From the NCBI RefSeq assembly GCF_009914755.1, contig NC_060930.1: DNA of 64,000 nt. One strand, given 5' to 3'. This document shows, in pieces, positions 60,511 to 64,000 of this stretch. The stretch is from the human T2T-CHM13v2.0 reference genome, Homo sapiens. Below the pieces are notes generated by a model. It had not been told where the DNA came from. It was given only the letters and a program-made list of their open reading frames with translations, and searched no databases. Every line of letters begins with the position of its first letter. Positions within the stretch are counted from its first letter, which is position 1. The position numbers were made by a program, and so were the translations under genes.

Positions 60511-62579
60511 GGAAAGACTTATGAAGATCCTTTTCTGCTGAAGTAATTTGTCTAGCTCGCTAATGGTCATATGAGAGTCTCTAAGGCACTCTGAGGGACT
60601 CTGCTTTGTTTACAATGTCTTAGGGAGGAAAGAAAATCTATTTAGATGCGAGCGGTGCCAAGTGAGAAGGGAAACAGAGGGAACACATCATTAACCTCCA
60701 CACATTTACATATGATCTGACATGACCATACATCTTCCAAAGGAAAGCCAAGGAAAGAAGAAATGAGAGGATGTGAGTTTAAAAGTGAGGGGCTGAACAG
60801 GGCTGAAGGGAGGTGCTCATTTTCTCCTACTGATGCTATTCATACTAGTCAGTAATCAGGGCTTCACTTTCATGCATCTCTGACCTCAAGCTAGAATTCA
60901 AAATCAAATTATATAAATAGTGTCTAAGGAAACACAAAACATCCAAAAATAGGTCAATGAAGTGTTTACTTTTTAAGTACTGTGTCAAAGGTATGCATGC
61001 AAATCTGTATCATAAAGAGTATAAAAAAGAAGTAAATATTAAAACTCCAGTTGAAAATATCTCACTCAAAAGTGAATAAACAAAGCACTCAGATGAATCT
61101 GAAACATTCAATTTTATACGTGCTGCGTGGTTGAAAAAGGCATTAATTGCTCATTCTAACCCTGAGGGCCCAAGAGTTATAGACCTTTTACAGTAGAGGG
61201 AAAAACCCAACAACCCCAGAATATTTCATATTCAACTCAAGAGATACTTATCTAATGATGCTGCTGAAGTGTTGAAATACTAGGAGCATTTTCATCTTGT
61301 ATATAGGTATATTTCAGACAATGCTGAGGAGTTAGGTTGAATAAAAACACACGAGGGATGAATTTAATTTTGGATCATTTATTATTCAGTATTTGTATAG
61401 GATTTACCATTTAAATACATTTAAATCTGTTTCAATATATTCACAACCTTCATGTTAATAGACTAGTATTAGCCTCACTTTTTAAATAAGAAATTTGTGT
61501 TACCTCACCTTCTAAATAAGGAAACTGAGGCAGAAAGTTAAGTGGTGGCTTAAAATCTGCTAGTAGAAACACTTTCCCTGTAGTTGAGGGCTAATTCATT
61601 TGAAGTGAATTACATATTCTCAGGAGCCCCATGATGGTCCAACAAGGGTAATTTATTTCCAAGAAGGGAGTTCTTTGCTTTTAAGAGGAAATATTTTTAC
61701 TTATTGTATTGTAGAATTGTGTCTGTTACTAATATAATAAGAAATACATATCCCGACTACACTACCATTAAGCCAAATACTGCGTTCTGTTTTTTTCTAC
61801 CAGATGTTTTATGGCATGTAAGTGTGTTAAGGAAGATTGATAAACCTAATAAACTTATATATAAACCTATCAGTAAAGGATTATAGAGAGGAAATTCTAC
61901 TTTGGTTTGGAATACTTGCAAGGATTCTGACCAAAGGTTTTGCTCTACATTAGTTCATTCCCATTTACAAGAGAACTATTTTTATCCTTTGCTTTGCCGC
62001 ACTTATGTTTACACTAAGAAAGAGAATATGCAACGCTTTTAACCAAATTTTGTCATTAACTCAGCTGTAATTAAAATATTCTCTACCTCAGAGTTTTGCA
62101 TCTTTAAAAATGGAAATATAATATAATTGATTAGGTGCCAATCAGTTTTATTTAATCTGATTTGATTCCTTAAGTAAAAGGGTTAAATTTTTAGAAATTT
62201 AAATTGTTTTTATTAAAGAGGGAAAAGGAAGCTAAATAATTTTCCAGTGTAGCTATGTAATTAACTTAGCTGCTGAAAGATGAAGGCATGGTTTACAGGG
62301 AGAATATGGAGTAGAAAAGAAAAAATAAAAGATAAAGGAGAGTTATAATCTAGAAACTGGGAAAAAAGGATATAGATTGACTATTACCAAAATAGCGACC
62401 TAGACTTGTTGTTTTTTCAAACTATAAAAGTTTATTCACTGCAAATAGTTAAATAATATAGTAAAAACTGTGTAATTAATACTTTAAAATCACTTTTACG
62501 TTGACACAGTAAAAAGCATCTTAAAGTTTGTATGACTATCTTTCTAGACGTTTTCCAATGCTATACATGAGTAAACTTA

Positions 62580-63990
62580 ACAGAAGTCATGTAGCACTGA
62601 TTGTCTTTCTTATATGAACATTTGATACACGTCTTTTGATGAACAAAAGCAATGATTTCTCTTAGGCATTTATCTAGGTTCAGAATTCCTGGGTCAAAAG
62701 GTGATAATATATCCAGCTTTAGTAAATACCGTCAAACAGATTTTCAAAGTGGTTGTAAAAGTAGGTGGTTGTTTCATTCACATTTTCCTTTACCTTCTCA
62801 TCAATTGTTGGTATTGTCAGTATTTTACATTTTAGCCATTCTTGTGTGTTTATAGTGATATTGGAGCGTGCAATTTTTGTACCTCCTTTTTTTTGTATTT
62901 CCAAGGTGACTAATGATGTTGAGCTGTTTTCAAATGTTTATTAGCTACTTGCATTACCTCTTTTGTGAAGTTCATATTCAAGTGTTTTGTGAAATTGTCT
63001 ATCGGATTATCTGTCTGGTCCTTATTGAACTGTAGTAGTATATTACTCTAAATATTATAGCATACACATTTAACTTATTACAATCTAATATAAATAATCA
63101 GTTTTACCAATTCTATTTATGCTCATCACCTTTTTTGTGTTGTTATTTTTATGAATATTAGTTATACATATATTTAAACATTTATAGAACATACTTATTT
63201 TTATATAAACTTACTTTCATCTTCATTGCTGTCTTTTCTTCTGGTATCATTTTCCTTCTGACCAAATAATTCCCCTTAGCATTTTAAAAATGCAGGTCTG
63301 CTAGTAAAAAAAAAAAATTGTCTTTGTATTACAGAGACATTGTGGTTTATAGGATTCTGAGGGGACATTTATTTGCTTCCAGCACTTTCTTTTGGCTCCT
63401 ATATTTTTAGAGAGATGTCAGCTGTCAATAATATTGTTTCTCTTTTGAAGGTAATATGTGTTTTTCCTCTGGTTGCTTTTTACACTGTTTTTCTTTGGTT
63501 TTCAGAATTTTGAATATGATGCTACTTCAGTATATTATTTGATTTAATTTTATTATTATTTATCTTTCTTGGTGTTTGTAGAGATTCTCAGTTCTATGAT
63601 TGAATATCCTCTGTTGGTATTTTTAAAATTCATTATCTCTTCAAATATTTATTCTGCCCAATTCTTTGTTACATCTCTTAGAATTCCAATTATAAGTAGT
63701 TTAGTTCATATATATTTCACTAGTCTCTTACAGTCTTTCCTGTGTTTTTCTTTTTTCTCTCTGCGTGTATCTGTATAAATAATTCTTTTTGATCTGTCTC
63801 CCAGTTCACTAATTCTCTTTTTGCTTATATTTAAATTTACTGTTATTATCATGCATTCATCTAATTTCACATATTATATTAATAGTTCCAGTTTTATAAT
63901 TTCTATCTTATTATATTTTGCGGAGTCAAATTTTCTTATAAAATCCCTGAAATTTTACTGTTTTAGCCAGTTTTCTGTATTTTCTTAAAC
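62580..63990 (-). mobile_element. Ancient L1ME/L1M fragments (ORF2 3' piece, then ORF1-region piece)
   Basis: gaattcctgggtcaaaagg...ttttcaaagtggttgta; ttatctcttcaaatatttattctgccc; ctgtctcccagttcactaattctc. Confidence 0.7.
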
Positions 63991-64000
63991 ATACTAGTCA

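Overview
This is AT-rich primate (human-like) genomic DNA, roughly half transposable-element derived, with no recognisable cellular protein-coding exon. Nearly all listed ORFs are Alu, L1 or LTR fragments or chance frames. A 75-nt hairpin at 28967-29041 contains a 21-mer matching my recollection of hsa-miR-3668; if correct, the window lies in the 6q24.1 gene desert distal to CITED2. I found no evidence for a new multi-gene system. The notable observations are structural: (1) a MER41A-type ERV1 transcript apparently inserted by L1 machinery (LTR cut at the poly(A) site, A-tail, long TSD, twin-priming 5' inversion) inside an old L1PA16; (2) a complete THE1B in the same L1 with a 349-aa uninterrupted ORF; (3) a ~250-bp micro-inversion splitting an MLT1A LTR; (4) a 200-bp locally templated insertion in a MER63; (5) a young fold-back micro-insertion; (6) candidate non-coding exons upstream of the miRNA. 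Repeat subfamily names come from recalled consensus sequences and need RepeatMasker/Dfam confirmation. Boundaries of old repeats are approximate.
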